This document shows positions 46,722 through 59,057 of a DNA stretch of 64,000 nucleotides, piece after piece (position 1 is the first letter of the stretch; each line of letters opens with the position of its first letter). The notes beneath the pieces were generated by a model that saw only the letters and a program-made list of their open reading frames with translations, ran no database searches and had not been told where the DNA came from. The stretch is from Kaistella sp. (GTDB lineage Bacteria; Bacteroidota; Bacteroidia; Flavobacteriales; Weeksellaceae): positions 2,485-66,484 of the forward strand of contig JAHRWY010000265.1 in the NCBI GenBank assembly GCA_019104935.1, given 5' to 3'. Position numbers and translations under genes: made by a program.

Positions 46722-47192
46722 TTATTCTTCCTGATCATCAAAACTGATGTCTCCCATTACCTCTTCGGCAAGTTTCGCAAAATCTTCTTCCGAAGTGGCA
46801 ATTACCGCTTCATAAGCTTCTTTGTCCCAAATCTCGAAAAGCGAGCCGGCACTGGTAATCACAATTTCTTTTTTTAGATTTGCAAAAAGGGTTAAATCTT
46901 TAGAAATCTGTAATCTGCCTGCGTTATCGGGTTCTACAGTTTTCAGGCCCGCGGTAAACTGGCGGATGAAATCTGCATTTCTTTTCTGGAAACGGTTCAG
47001 CTTATTAATTTTTTCCATCAGTTTTTCCCAACCCGACATTGGATAAACCTCGAGGCAGGATTGGAATACGGAACGCTTTACTACAAAAGAATCACCGCCA
47101 AAATTCTCCATCTGTTTTACCAGTGATGAGGGGAGTTTTAGGCGACCCTTGTCGTCGATTTTACATTCATATGTGCCGATGAAATTCTTCAT
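46722..47192 (-). CDS. mraZ: division/cell wall cluster transcriptional repressor MraZ
   Basis: DDKGR and DNAGR (DxxxR repeats); start set at ATG 47192. Confidence 0.95.
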   Translation of the reverse strand: MKNFIGTYECKIDDKGRLKLPSSLVKQMENFGGDSFVVKRSVFQSCLEVYPMSGWEKLMEKINKLNRFQKRNADFIRQFTAGLKTVEPDNAGRLQISKDLTLFANLKKEIVITSAGSLFEIWDKEAYEAVIATSEEDFAKLAEEVMGDISFDDQEE

Positions 47193-47198
47193 TTGGGA

Positions 47199-47206
47199 CA
47201 AATTTA
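47199..47206 (-). promoter_or_regulatory. -7 element of the dcw promoter
   Basis: TAAATTTG-TCCCAA-ATG. Confidence 0.65.
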
Positions 47207-47215
47207 TATAAAAAT

Positions 47216-47246
47216 TTCTAAAAGCTCCCACTTTTTCCCACTTTTT
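47216..47246 (-). promoter_or_regulatory. MraZ-binding direct repeats
   Basis: AAAAAGTGGG repeated with 10-bp period (GTGGGA at 47236-47241 and 47226-47231, degenerate TTAGAA at 47216-47221), like known GTGG-type MraZ boxes. Confidence 0.7.
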
Positions 47247-47253
47247 GACTTAA

Positions 47254-47262
47254 TGTTAATAA
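47254..47262 (-). promoter_or_regulatory. DnaA-box-like 9-mer upstream of the dcw promoter
   Basis: TTATTAACA, one mismatch to TTWTNCACA. Confidence 0.3.
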
Positions 47263-47442
47263 GTTTTGATTGGTAATACTAAACGGCTGATTAAAAAGAA
47301 GTTAACATCTTATTGGATTTATGAAAAATAAATTGAAAAACTCTCATCTTTTTCTTTGAAATTTATTTTTATTATAAATTCATTCATGTAAATAATAGTT
47401 GGTCTTTAATTTGTATTTTTGCAGTGCTTAGTAAGCATTTCT

Positions 47443-48207
47443 ATGAGATTTATTACGAAAAAAGAAAAAAAATACTCTTTCATTGAGGCTGGAGAAGGTC
47501 ACCCGCTGATTCTTCTGCATGGATTAATGGGAGGTTTGAGTAATTTTGATAAAACGGTAAAATATTTTTCCGAACGCGGGTACAAGGTTTTTGTACCGGT
47601 GCTTCCTATTTATGACTTACCGGTTTTGCACACCAATCTTACTACAATTGCAAAATATGTCGCCAAATTCATCGAAGAAAAAACCGATGAGCCTGTAACG
47701 ATCGTAGGAAATTCCATGGGTGGACATATTGGACTGATCCTTACGCTTGCGCGCCCAGAGCTTGTTGCCAACTTAGTCTTAACAGGCAGTTCTGGTCTGT
47801 ATGAAAGAACTTTCGGTGACAGTTTTCCACGCAAATCTGATAAAGAATATATAAGGAAGAAAACAGAAGAAGTCTTCTATGACCCGGCAGTAGCGACAGA
47901 CGAATTGGTAGATGAGGTTTTTGCTGTAGTGAATGACAGAATGAAGGGGATAAAAACAGTAATGCTTGCCAGAAGCGCAATAAAGCACAACATGCTGCAC
48001 GATTTACCGAAAATTAAAACACCTGTTTGTTTAATCTGGGGCAAAGATGATAACGTGACACCACCTGATGTAGCAGTGGATATGGATAAATTCTTACCAA
48101 ATTCTGATTTGTACTGGATCGAAAAATGTGGTCACGCCGCCATGATGGAAAAGCCGGATGAGTTTAACGAAATCCTTTACAGCTGGCTGAAGAAAATAGA
48201 AAAATAA
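47443..48207 (+). CDS. alpha/beta fold hydrolase
   Basis: LLHGLMG, GNSMGG nucleophile elbow, WGKDD, CGH; -7 box TATTTTTG at 47414-47421. Confidence 0.92.
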   Translation: MRFITKKEKKYSFIEAGEGHPLILLHGLMGGLSNFDKTVKYFSERGYKVFVPVLPIYDLPVLHTNLTTIAKYVAKFIEEKTDEPVTIVGNSMGGHIGLILTLARPELVANLVLTGSSGLYERTFGDSFPRKSDKEYIRKKTEEVFYDPAVATDELVDEVFAVVNDRMKGIKTVMLARSAIKHNMLHDLPKIKTPVCLIWGKDDNVTPPDVAVDMDKFLPNSDLYWIEKCGHAAMMEKPDEFNEILYSWLKKIEK

Positions 48208-48234
48208 AATGGAGGTTTTTAACTTCCATTTTTT
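48206..48234 (+). terminator. intrinsic terminator
   Basis: aaaatggaggtt-ttt-aacttccatttt followed by a T run. Confidence 0.6.
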
Positions 48235-48263
48235 ATTTAATTAAATTTGAAAAAAATAATAAA

Positions 48264-48884
48264 ATGATTATCAAAACAGCAGAGTTTATAAAAAGCAGCG
48301 GAAGATGGCAGGATTGCCCGGAAGCTGTGCTGCCGGAATATGCTTTTATCGGACGGTCTAATGTTGGGAAATCCTCTCTAATCAATGCAATGCTGAATCA
48401 TAAAGATCTTGCCAAAACATCGCAGACTCCTGGAAAAACCCAGTTAATCAATCATTTTATAATCAACGAAGCGTGGTATCTTACCGATTTGCCAGGTTAT
48501 GGGTACGCCCGTGTTTCGAAAAGTATGAGAAAAGATTTCGAAAAACTGATTACCAATTATATATTGAACCGAAAAAATCTTGTCAACCTTTTTGTGTTGG
48601 TAGATGTAAGACATACACCACAGAAAATCGACCTTGAATTTATAGAATGGTGTGGCGAGAACGGAGTTCCTTTCTCCATTGTATTTACAAAAGCGGATAA
48701 ACTCAAACCAAACGCCGTACTGGCTAATGTAGAAGATTACAAAAGGGAACTTCTGAAAACATGGGAAGACCTGCCTGAAATTTACATAACATCGGCAGAG
48801 AAAAAAGAAGGAGGCGACGCAATTTTGAAATTCATCGCCGAAACTAACGCATTTCTGGAAAACAATAAAGTAAACTTTCAGTAA
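48264..48884 (+). CDS. engB: ribosome biogenesis GTPase YihA/YsxC/EngB
   Basis: GRSNVGKSS, PGKT, DLPGYG, TKAD. Confidence 0.96.
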   Translation: MIIKTAEFIKSSGRWQDCPEAVLPEYAFIGRSNVGKSSLINAMLNHKDLAKTSQTPGKTQLINHFIINEAWYLTDLPGYGYARVSKSMRKDFEKLITNYILNRKNLVNLFVLVDVRHTPQKIDLEFIEWCGENGVPFSIVFTKADKLKPNAVLANVEDYKRELLKTWEDLPEIYITSAEKKEGGDAILKFIAETNAFLENNKVNFQ

Positions 48885-49339
48885 TGCAAACCATTCATTG
48901 GAAGATTAAATCCTTCGCGGAGCTCTCCGTGCCTGAATTATATGAAATTTTAAAAATCAGGCAGGAAGTATTTGTTGTTGAACAGACATGTTATTATGTG
49001 GATGCTGATGGATATGATGATAAGGCAGTACATCTCTGGGCTGAAAAAAACGGTGAGATTCTGGCTTACTGCAGGCTTTTCAATGCAGGTATTAAATATG
49101 AGGAAGCCTCAATCGGAAGGGTATTAACGAATGCAAATTATAGAAATCTCAGCTTAGGAAAAACGCTGATGAAATTTGCGCTCCTTACCATCCAAGCCAG
49201 ATTTCGCGCTGTAGATGTAAGAATTTCTGCACAGGATTATCTTTTAAAGTTTTATTCGGAATTTGGATTTCAGGATACCGGCAAAAAATATCTGGAAGAC
49301 AATATTCCCCATACCGAAATGATTAAAATAAACCTTTAA
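48884..49339 (+). CDS. elaA: ElaA-like GNAT acetyltransferase
   Basis: LYEILKIRQEVFVVEQ, IGRV, ISAQ.YL..FY, EDNIPH; TAATG overlap with engB. Confidence 0.88.
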   Translation: MQTIHWKIKSFAELSVPELYEILKIRQEVFVVEQTCYYVDADGYDDKAVHLWAEKNGEILAYCRLFNAGIKYEEASIGRVLTNANYRNLSLGKTLMKFALLTIQARFRAVDVRISAQDYLLKFYSEFGFQDTGKKYLEDNIPHTEMIKINL

Positions 49340-49496
49340 GTGCTGGATAATCGCATAACAGATTAATTTATAATTTTTAAATCTGATTTTTGTAATTAAT
49401 ACTGAAATGGTATTTAAGTTAAAAAAAAAATAATATAGTTTGTTTTTTATTCTGAATTTATATACTTTTACAAAAAATCATTAAACTTTAAAGATT

Positions 49497-50864
49497 ATGA
49501 AAAAACTTTTACTCACTGGCTTTGCGCTAGTCGCAATGATGTCCAATGCTCAGTCTTGGGTTCCTCAAGGAACGAAATTTCCTGCAAATTTCGGTGTTGA
49601 TGAGATCGATATTGTAGATGCGAATACAGTATGGACTTTTGCTTATGATGGGAGACCTTTAACAGAGGGAGGAGGAACTTATCCTCACATTGTTTCCCGT
49701 ACGATAGACGGTGGATTAAACTGGACCGCTAGAGCTATTTCAGGTCTTCCATCAAACGCTTTAATTTCAGACATTTCAGCAATTAACGGTACAACAGCCT
49801 ATATTGCTACAGCGCCTTCATCCGGTGCTGTTTCAGCAAATGGAGTTTGGAAAACAACGGACGCTGGTGTGACCTGGACTAAACAGCCAAATGCTTATAA
49901 TCCTGCTGCTAGTGCATCTTTTGCAAACCATGTATATTTCTGGGATGCTAACAACGGATGGACAAGTGGTGACCCTGTAAGCGGAAAATTTGAAATGTAT
50001 AAGACTTCTAATGGGGGAGCTTCATGGACGCCAGTTCCTGGTGCGTTAATGGCTGAGAATGATGATGAATTTACCTATGTAGGTCTTAAGGATGTTGTAG
50101 GTGATAATATTTGGGTTGGTACCAGTATCGGACGTATCTTACATTCTCCCGACAGAGGAAATACGTGGACAGGAAATTACAGCCCAGTGCTCGACTTTGG
50201 TGGTGTAATCGTTAGTGGATCTTCCGGTTCATTTGCCTTCAAAGATGCTAACAATGGTCTTCTTCTTTCGGTACAGGGAAATTCAGCAGAAATGTATTCC
50301 ACAACTGACGGTGGCGCAAACTGGGATCCTGTAACACCTAACGGAACATGGTTCTTTGGAGATGTTGCATATGTGCCTGGTACAGCTAATACCTATGTAA
50401 CAACAGGCATCAACTCTAATGCAGCACAGGGTACAGGATCTGCATATTCTACTGATGGAGGTTTAAACTGGACGATCATTGATAATATTCCTGGTATTCA
50501 GGGTGGCCAGAGAGGTGAAGTTTCCTTCCTTAACCCTACGACAGGTTGGGCAGGATATTTCTCTGATGGACCTTCCGGAACTGAAGGAATATTTAAATTC
50601 AATGGCAATTTAGCGCTTGGAGTTTCTGATAACGCGGTAAAGTCGAATTTAAAAGTTTATCCTAACCCAGCAACCGATATTGTAAATATTTCTGCTAACA
50701 GAAAAATTGAAAATATTACTGTAATGGATATGAGTGGTAAAAAAGTTCAGTCGTTCAAGACAGGGAACCAGATCAATGTTTCTTCTTTAGCTAAAGGAAC
50801 CTATATTCTCCAGGTGTATTACGGAGAAGGTGCTGTAGAGAACACTAAACTTATTAAAAAATAG
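49497..50864 (+). CDS. T9SS-secreted BNR/Asp-box (YCF48-like) beta-propeller protein with a type-A CTD
   Basis: Signal peptide; six S/T-x-D/N-x-G-x-x-W repeats; CTD VYPNP...GTYIL...KLIKK. Confidence 0.88.
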   Translation: MKKLLLTGFALVAMMSNAQSWVPQGTKFPANFGVDEIDIVDANTVWTFAYDGRPLTEGGGTYPHIVSRTIDGGLNWTARAISGLPSNALISDISAINGTTAYIATAPSSGAVSANGVWKTTDAGVTWTKQPNAYNPAASASFANHVYFWDANNGWTSGDPVSGKFEMYKTSNGGASWTPVPGALMAENDDEFTYVGLKDVVGDNIWVGTSIGRILHSPDRGNTWTGNYSPVLDFGGVIVSGSSGSFAFKDANNGLLLSVQGNSAEMYSTTDGGANWDPVTPNGTWFFGDVAYVPGTANTYVTTGINSNAAQGTGSAYSTDGGLNWTIIDNIPGIQGGQRGEVSFLNPTTGWAGYFSDGPSGTEGIFKFNGNLALGVSDNAVKSNLKVYPNPATDIVNISANRKIENITVMDMSGKKVQSFKTGNQINVSSLAKGTYILQVYYGEGAVENTKLIKK

Positions 50865-50884
50865 ATTAGAGCCATACAATAAGG

Positions 50885-50915
50885 AATGGATGAGGGTACT
50901 CATCCATTTTTTTTT
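50885..50915 (+). terminator. intrinsic terminator
   Basis: aatggatgag-ggta-ctcatccatt followed by a T run. Confidence 0.8.
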
Positions 50916-50973
50916 GCATAAAACTGCTATGTAAAATGATTTTCATAAATTAGCCTATTAAATAATTTTATAA

Positions 50974-53112
50974 ATGAAAAGAATTTTTTTACTGCTCACA
51001 TTCATGCTGAGCTTTGTACAGTTAAAAGCCGATGAAGGAATGTGGCTGATGACAATGATCAAGAGACTTAACGGTGTTGACCTTAAAAAACAGGGTCTGA
51101 AACTTACTCCTGAAGAAATTTATTCTGTTAACAATTCCAGTCTTAAGGATGCAATTGTACAGTTCGGGGGTGGTTGTACTGCCGAGATGGTTTCTAAAGA
51201 AGGTTTACTCTTTACAAATCACCACTGCGGATACGGACAAATCGCTGCGCTTTCAACTCCTGAAAAAGACCATTTAACCAACGGGTTCTGGGCGATGAAA
51301 AAAAGCGAAGAACTTCCTGCAAAAGGCCTTTCCGTAAGATTTTTGGTAAGAATGGATGATGTTACAAAGCGTATTAACGATAAGCTTAACAACAATATGT
51401 CTGCAGAACAAAGAAAAGAAATTATCGATGCAGAATATAAAGCCATCCAGAATGAAAATTCAGAAAACGGAAAATACAGCGTTGTTGTTAGAGATTTCTT
51501 TAACGGAAACGAGTTTTATTATTTTGTGTATCAGGATTTTAAAGATGTAAGATTGGTAGGTACACCTCCAAACGCTCTAGGTAAATTCGGTGGTGATACC
51601 GATAACTGGGAGTGGCCAAGACATACAGCAGATTTCTCTGTATTCAGAGTATATGCTGACGCAAACGGGAATCCGGCAGAATATTCTCCGAACAACGTTC
51701 CTATGAAGCCTAAGCACGCGCTTCCGATTTCACTTAAAGGTTATAAACCTGGCGATTTCGCTATGATTGTTGGTTTCCCTGGAAGAACAAACAGATACCT
51801 TACCTCTTTCGGAATCGAGCAGATGGTAAATAAAGATTATCCGGCTTGGGTTGAAGCTTCAAAACTTGCGATGGATGTTATGAAAAAGTATATGGATGCA
51901 GATCAGGCAACGAAACTAAACTATGCTTCCCAATATGCATCTGTAGCAAATTACTGGAAAAACCGACAGGGTACCATTGACGCCGTGATTAAAAACGGAA
52001 CAATCAGCGGTAAAAAAGATTTGGAAGCCAAATTCATGAAATGGGCGATATTACCTGCAAACGAAGTAATGTATTCAGGAGTTTTGGATAATATCAAAGC
52101 CAACTACGCGCAGTTCTCTAACAGAAATGTGGAAAGAAATTATGCTTCACAACTTCAGAGAAACGCAAAATATATCCCGGTTGCTTACCAGTTGGGCTCT
52201 TTATTGAAAACCTATGCAGACCAGGACGCCAACGGAAAAGCCGCGATGAAAACCAAAGTTACCGATGCAATCGACAGAATGTACGATGGTTTCAATACGA
52301 AGCTTGAAGGGGAAATGCTGAACTCTATGGTAAACCTTTACCAACAGCGGGTAAATAAGGACGATGCTTCTGCTACACTGTTGAGCGCTGATGCGAAAAA
52401 CCTTTCAACACTTGCGTTTTCTTCAATTTTCGCAACCAAAGAATCTGCCCTGAATTTTGTAAACAATCCGGACCGGTTGAAAATCGACGCAGATCCGCTT
52501 CTGAAACTGGCAAACGGATTCTATACAGACCAAAAATTAGCAGGTGATAAATATGCTAAAGTAGATGAAGCTTTTGCTAAAAACAGCAGGATTTTCTTAG
52601 ATGGATTAAGAAAATCCCAGCCTGATACCGTATTCTATCCGGATGCGAACTCTACCATGAGACTTACCACAGGATCTGTTGATACACTGCCTGTAAGAAG
52701 CGACCGTAATTATGGTGGAATTAACGAAAAGAACAACTATTACACAGAAATTAACGGAATGGTTGCGAAATATAAAAAAGGAGATGAAGAATTTGATCTT
52801 CCACAGGACTTCCTGGATTTAGTGAAGAGAAAAGACTTTGGCCAGTATGCCGATAAAAAAGGTTTCATGCCGGTAAACTTCCTTTCTAATAACGATATTA
52901 CGGGAGGTAACTCAGGGTCACCAATTCTTAACGGACATGGCCACTTAATCGGTCTTGCGTTCGACGGAAACAGCGAAGCCCTTAGCGGTGATATCATTTT
53001 CGATCCTAAACTTCAGAAAACCATCAACGTTGATGTAAGAATGGTTCTTTGGATCATTGAAAAATACGGTAAAGCAGGTCACCTGATCAGTGAAATGACT
53101 TTAGTAAAATAG
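50974..53112 (+). CDS. S46 family dipeptidyl peptidase (DPP7-type)
   Basis: DEGMW, TNHHCG, NWEWPRHTAD, TGGNSGSP; LAFDGN has Gly at the S1 site as in DPP7, not Arg as in DPP11. Confidence 0.92.
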   Translation: MKRIFLLLTFMLSFVQLKADEGMWLMTMIKRLNGVDLKKQGLKLTPEEIYSVNNSSLKDAIVQFGGGCTAEMVSKEGLLFTNHHCGYGQIAALSTPEKDHLTNGFWAMKKSEELPAKGLSVRFLVRMDDVTKRINDKLNNNMSAEQRKEIIDAEYKAIQNENSENGKYSVVVRDFFNGNEFYYFVYQDFKDVRLVGTPPNALGKFGGDTDNWEWPRHTADFSVFRVYADANGNPAEYSPNNVPMKPKHALPISLKGYKPGDFAMIVGFPGRTNRYLTSFGIEQMVNKDYPAWVEASKLAMDVMKKYMDADQATKLNYASQYASVANYWKNRQGTIDAVIKNGTISGKKDLEAKFMKWAILPANEVMYSGVLDNIKANYAQFSNRNVERNYASQLQRNAKYIPVAYQLGSLLKTYADQDANGKAAMKTKVTDAIDRMYDGFNTKLEGEMLNSMVNLYQQRVNKDDASATLLSADAKNLSTLAFSSIFATKESALNFVNNPDRLKIDADPLLKLANGFYTDQKLAGDKYAKVDEAFAKNSRIFLDGLRKSQPDTVFYPDANSTMRLTTGSVDTLPVRSDRNYGGINEKNNYYTEINGMVAKYKKGDEEFDLPQDFLDLVKRKDFGQYADKKGFMPVNFLSNNDITGGNSGSPILNGHGHLIGLAFDGNSEALSGDIIFDPKLQKTINVDVRMVLWIIEKYGKAGHLISEMTLVK

Positions 53113-53131
53113 GTGTTTTCTAAACACACGG

Positions 53132-53161
53132 AAGCCTGCTGATTTTTCAGCAGGCTTTTTT
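53132..53161 (+). terminator. intrinsic terminator
   Basis: aagcctgctga-tttt-tcagcaggctt followed by a T run. Confidence 0.8.
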
Positions 53162-53187
53162 ATATTTATAAAATTAAAAAATGCGCA

Positions 53188-53754
53188 ATGAATTTTGAAA
53201 ACTTTGAAAAAGAAGAAAAGATAATTGATTTGATGAAAGCAAATTTAGTCGGGCTGAAATACTTCGCATTATTTGCTGTATTATTTGCCACACCGTTTTA
53301 TCTGATCTGGAAGGGCAATTTTTCGAGCATATTGCTGAATATAGATGGCGTTTTACTTCGGGGGTTTGCTCCTCTTATTGCTGTTTTTGGCGGAATCATC
53401 GTTCACGAACTGATCCACGGGTTTTTCTTTGCGAAATATGCCCAAAACGGTTTTAAGTCTGTGAAATTCGGGATTTTAATCAAAATGCTGACGCCTTATT
53501 GCCACTGCAAAGAACCACTGCAGATAAAACATTATATCATCGCTTTGCTGGCACCGCTGTTAATTCTTGGAATAATACCATCAATTATCAGTTTGTTCAT
53601 TGGAAATATTGATGTGCTGTTATTCGGAATTTTTTTCTCAGGTGCCGCTGCGGGAGATATTATGATTTACCATTTGATCAAAAAAGAAAATCCTGAGGAC
53701 TACGTTCAGGATCATCCGTCCGAAGCCGGCTATTTCTTATTCAAGAAAAAATAA
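53188..53754 (+). CDS. DUF3267-like membrane zincin (putative metalloprotease)
   Basis: IVHELIHG, PYCHC.EP, ALLAP, AAGD, DHP. Confidence 0.8.
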   Translation: MNFENFEKEEKIIDLMKANLVGLKYFALFAVLFATPFYLIWKGNFSSILLNIDGVLLRGFAPLIAVFGGIIVHELIHGFFFAKYAQNGFKSVKFGILIKMLTPYCHCKEPLQIKHYIIALLAPLLILGIIPSIISLFIGNIDVLLFGIFFSGAAAGDIMIYHLIKKENPEDYVQDHPSEAGYFLFKKK

Positions 53755-53779
53755 AAGCGAAGAAAAATCTCCGCTTTAA
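53753..53779. terminator. hairpin between convergent genes
   Basis: aaagcgaaga-aaaa-tctccgcttt. Confidence 0.55.
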
Positions 53780-53785
53780 ATCTTT

Positions 53786-54439
53786 TTACTGGGCTTCTTC
53801 TGGTTCCAACATTCCCAGCTCGCCGTAATGCTTTTTGAATTTGGCAATCTTCGGCCCTACTACTGCACTGCAGTAAGGCTGGGTTGGATTATTGTTGTAG
53901 TAGCCCTGGTGATATTGTTCAGCAGGCCAGAATTTTTCGAATTTTGCCAACTCTGTTACATATTTACCATTCCATCTTCCGGAAGCTTCAGATGATTTCA
54001 GAGCGGCCTCTGCTTTTTGTTTCTCAGCTTCGTCTTTGTAGAAAATTACTGAACGGTATTGGGTTCCGATGTCATTCCCCTGTCTGTTAAGTTGTGTAGG
54101 GTCGTGCAGGAAAAAGAAAACATCCATCAGCTGTTCGTAGGAAATAATTTTCGGGTCATAAGCAATCTGTACAACTTCCGCATGGCCGGTTTCGCCGGTG
54201 CAAACTTCTTCATAAGTCGGGTTGGCTTTATGCCCGCCGGAATATCCCGAAATGGCTGCATCTACCCCTTTCAGCATATTAAAACAACTTTCTACACACC
54301 AAAAACATCCACCTCCGAAGGTGATATATTCTAAATTCTGTTTATCCATTTTCTGATTTTTTGTTAAAGGTTTCTTCGTCTCCTGGCCGTTGCAGGAAAA
54401 CAAAATAAGGCCCATCAAAAATACTAAAATCTTATTCAT
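53786..54439 (-). CDS. msrA: peptide-methionine (S)-S-oxide reductase with a lipoprotein signal
   Basis: GGCFWC, GYSGG, TGHAE, QYRS, AEQYHQ.Y, YC; ILFSC lipobox. Confidence 0.95.
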   Translation of the reverse strand: MNKILVFLMGLILFSCNGQETKKPLTKNQKMDKQNLEYITFGGGCFWCVESCFNMLKGVDAAISGYSGGHKANPTYEEVCTGETGHAEVVQIAYDPKIISYEQLMDVFFFLHDPTQLNRQGNDIGTQYRSVIFYKDEAEKQKAEAALKSSEASGRWNGKYVTELAKFEKFWPAEQYHQGYYNNNPTQPYCSAVVGPKIAKFKKHYGELGMLEPEEAQ

Positions 54440-54545
54440 TTTTTAATAACGGTTTTCTATCGTATAAATTTCAATAAAAAATAAATTGTAGTTCATTTCT
54501 CCTCTTTAGCCATTAAATAATTAAATCTAAATATTACTAGAGTAT

Positions 54546-54572
54546 AAAAAAACATCCTCTTTCGAAGATGTT
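54546..54572 (-). terminator. intrinsic terminator
   Basis: aacatcctc-tttc-gaagatgtt with a preceding A run. Confidence 0.55.
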
Positions 54573-54579
54573 GATATGA

Positions 54580-55548
54580 TTATTTTTCCCAAACCAGCGC
54601 GCTTGCACCAAGGATGGCGGCATCAGCTTCATCAAGTTCACTGAAAACCAGCCTTACTTTATTCCTGAAGATCGGTAAAAGGTTACGCTCCATGTGGAGT
54701 TTTGTAGGTTTCAGGATGAAATCTCCTGCTTTAATTACACCTCCGAAAAGTAAAATCGCTTCCGGTGAAGAAAACATCACGAAATTCGCTAAAGCTTCGC
54801 CTAATTTTTGGCCTGTATATCTGAAAACTTCAATAGCGGTAGGATCGCCTTTCAGTGCACATTCGTAAACCACTTTCGAATCTATTTCTTCTTCGGGATA
54901 AGAGTTCAGCATAGAATCCGGAAATTCTGCACGCATTTTTTTTGCGGTAATGGCAATTCCGGTAGCAGAAGCGTATGCTTCCAGCGAGCCTTCTGAACCT
55001 GTACTCCAGTGTTTTCTTCCTCCTGGTTTTACGATGGTATGGCCAAGTTCTCCTGCGAATCCGTCGTGACCATAGATTAAGTTTCCGCCGGAAATAATTC
55101 CGCTTCCTACACCGGTGCCAAGAGTAATCATGATGAAATCCTTCATCCCGCGGGCCGCACCGAACATCATTTCACCTAAAGCTGCTGCATTGGCATCATT
55201 GGTCATTTTACACGGTAAACCGAATTTTTTAGTCATCAGCTCGGCGAACGGGATTACGCCTTTCCAACGGAGATTGGGCGCATGTTCGATGGTTCCGGTA
55301 TAGTAATTTGCATTGGGTGCGCCTACGCCAATTCCATCAATACTCCGCTGGCTGCAGTGTTTTTTCATGAGTGGCGATATGGTGGCGTACAGTGCATCGA
55401 TGAAGTCTTCTACTTTTTCGTATTCATCAGTTTTGATGCTGCCTTTATCGAGAATTTCTCCACGGTGATTTACAAATCCGTATTTGGTATTCGTTCCGCC
55501 GATATCAATTCCTAATGCAACCTGTTTGGACAAATCTATTAATGCCAT
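54580..55548 (-). CDS. ROK family sugar kinase (glucokinase-like)
   Basis: GIDIGGTN, NDANAAALGE, TLGTGVGSG, AGELGH, LEAYAS. Confidence 0.92.
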   Translation of the reverse strand: MALIDLSKQVALGIDIGGTNTKYGFVNHRGEILDKGSIKTDEYEKVEDFIDALYATISPLMKKHCSQRSIDGIGVGAPNANYYTGTIEHAPNLRWKGVIPFAELMTKKFGLPCKMTNDANAAALGEMMFGAARGMKDFIMITLGTGVGSGIISGGNLIYGHDGFAGELGHTIVKPGGRKHWSTGSEGSLEAYASATGIAITAKKMRAEFPDSMLNSYPEEEIDSKVVYECALKGDPTAIEVFRYTGQKLGEALANFVMFSSPEAILLFGGVIKAGDFILKPTKLHMERNLLPIFRNKVRLVFSELDEADAAILGASALVWEK

Positions 55549-55598
55549 TAAATCTAAATTTATGCACTAAAAATACAACAAATTCACATTAGGTTAAC

Positions 55599-55629
55599 AA
55601 AAAAACTTCCCCAAATATTGAGGAAGCTT
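55599..55629 (-). terminator. secA terminator
   Basis: cttccccaa-ata-ttgaggaag with a preceding A run. Confidence 0.65.
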
Positions 55630-55654
55630 GTATGATATTATTCAGTTGCGCTGC

Positions 55655-58726
<3,072 letters not shown>

Positions 58727-58802
58727 AGTATTTGCTTTCGGCTGCCTGCGCGTGCATTCAGCCATTTTAAGATTTTAATTTTTTAGAATTTTTCTAAAAT
58801 AT

Positions 58803-58836
58803 AAAAAGCCGGCTGCAGACAGCCGGCTGCTTTTTT
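58803..58836 (-). terminator. terminator hairpin between DUF2795 and secA
   Basis: agccggctg-caga-cagccggct flanked by A and T runs. Confidence 0.65.
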
Positions 58837-59057
58837 TAATATTCGTCTTCGTTCCACAGAAAGTCGTCGTCTGTAGGATAATCGCTCCAAACTTCCTCAA
58901 TGGATTCATAAACTTCACCTTCGTCTTCGATAGCCTGAAGATTTTCAACAACTTCCATTGGTGCGCCTGTTCTGATTGCGTAATCAATAAGTTCAGCCTT
59001 AGTCATCGGCCAAGGTGCGTCGCTTAGATAAGAAGCCAGTTCTAATGTCCAATACAT
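58836..59057 (-). CDS. DUF2795 domain protein
   Basis: MYWTLELASYLSDAPWPMTKAELIDYAIRTGAP, a conserved Bacteroidota small protein; -7 box TACTTTTG at 59073-59080. Confidence 0.88.
   Translation of the reverse strand: MYWTLELASYLSDAPWPMTKAELIDYAIRTGAPMEVVENLQAIEDEGEVYESIEEVWSDYPTDDDFLWNEDEY

Noticed and set aside
30821-47192. Absence of murF, murB and ddl from the dcw cluster, and the long FtsZ linker
   Set aside because: This is the usual Bacteroidota organisation and not novel.
47193-47442. AT-rich intergenic region as oriC
   Set aside because: It has only one DnaA-box-like 9-mer and is explained by divergent promoters and MraZ boxes.
54512-54533. TCTAAATA half-site upstream of msrA as a second Fur box
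   Set aside because: Only one arm matches, in very AT-rich sequence.
58727-58765. 13-aa N-terminal extension of SecA as a SecM-like leader peptide
   Set aside because: It is in frame with secA, has no signal peptide or stall motif, and is better explained as a structured UTR.
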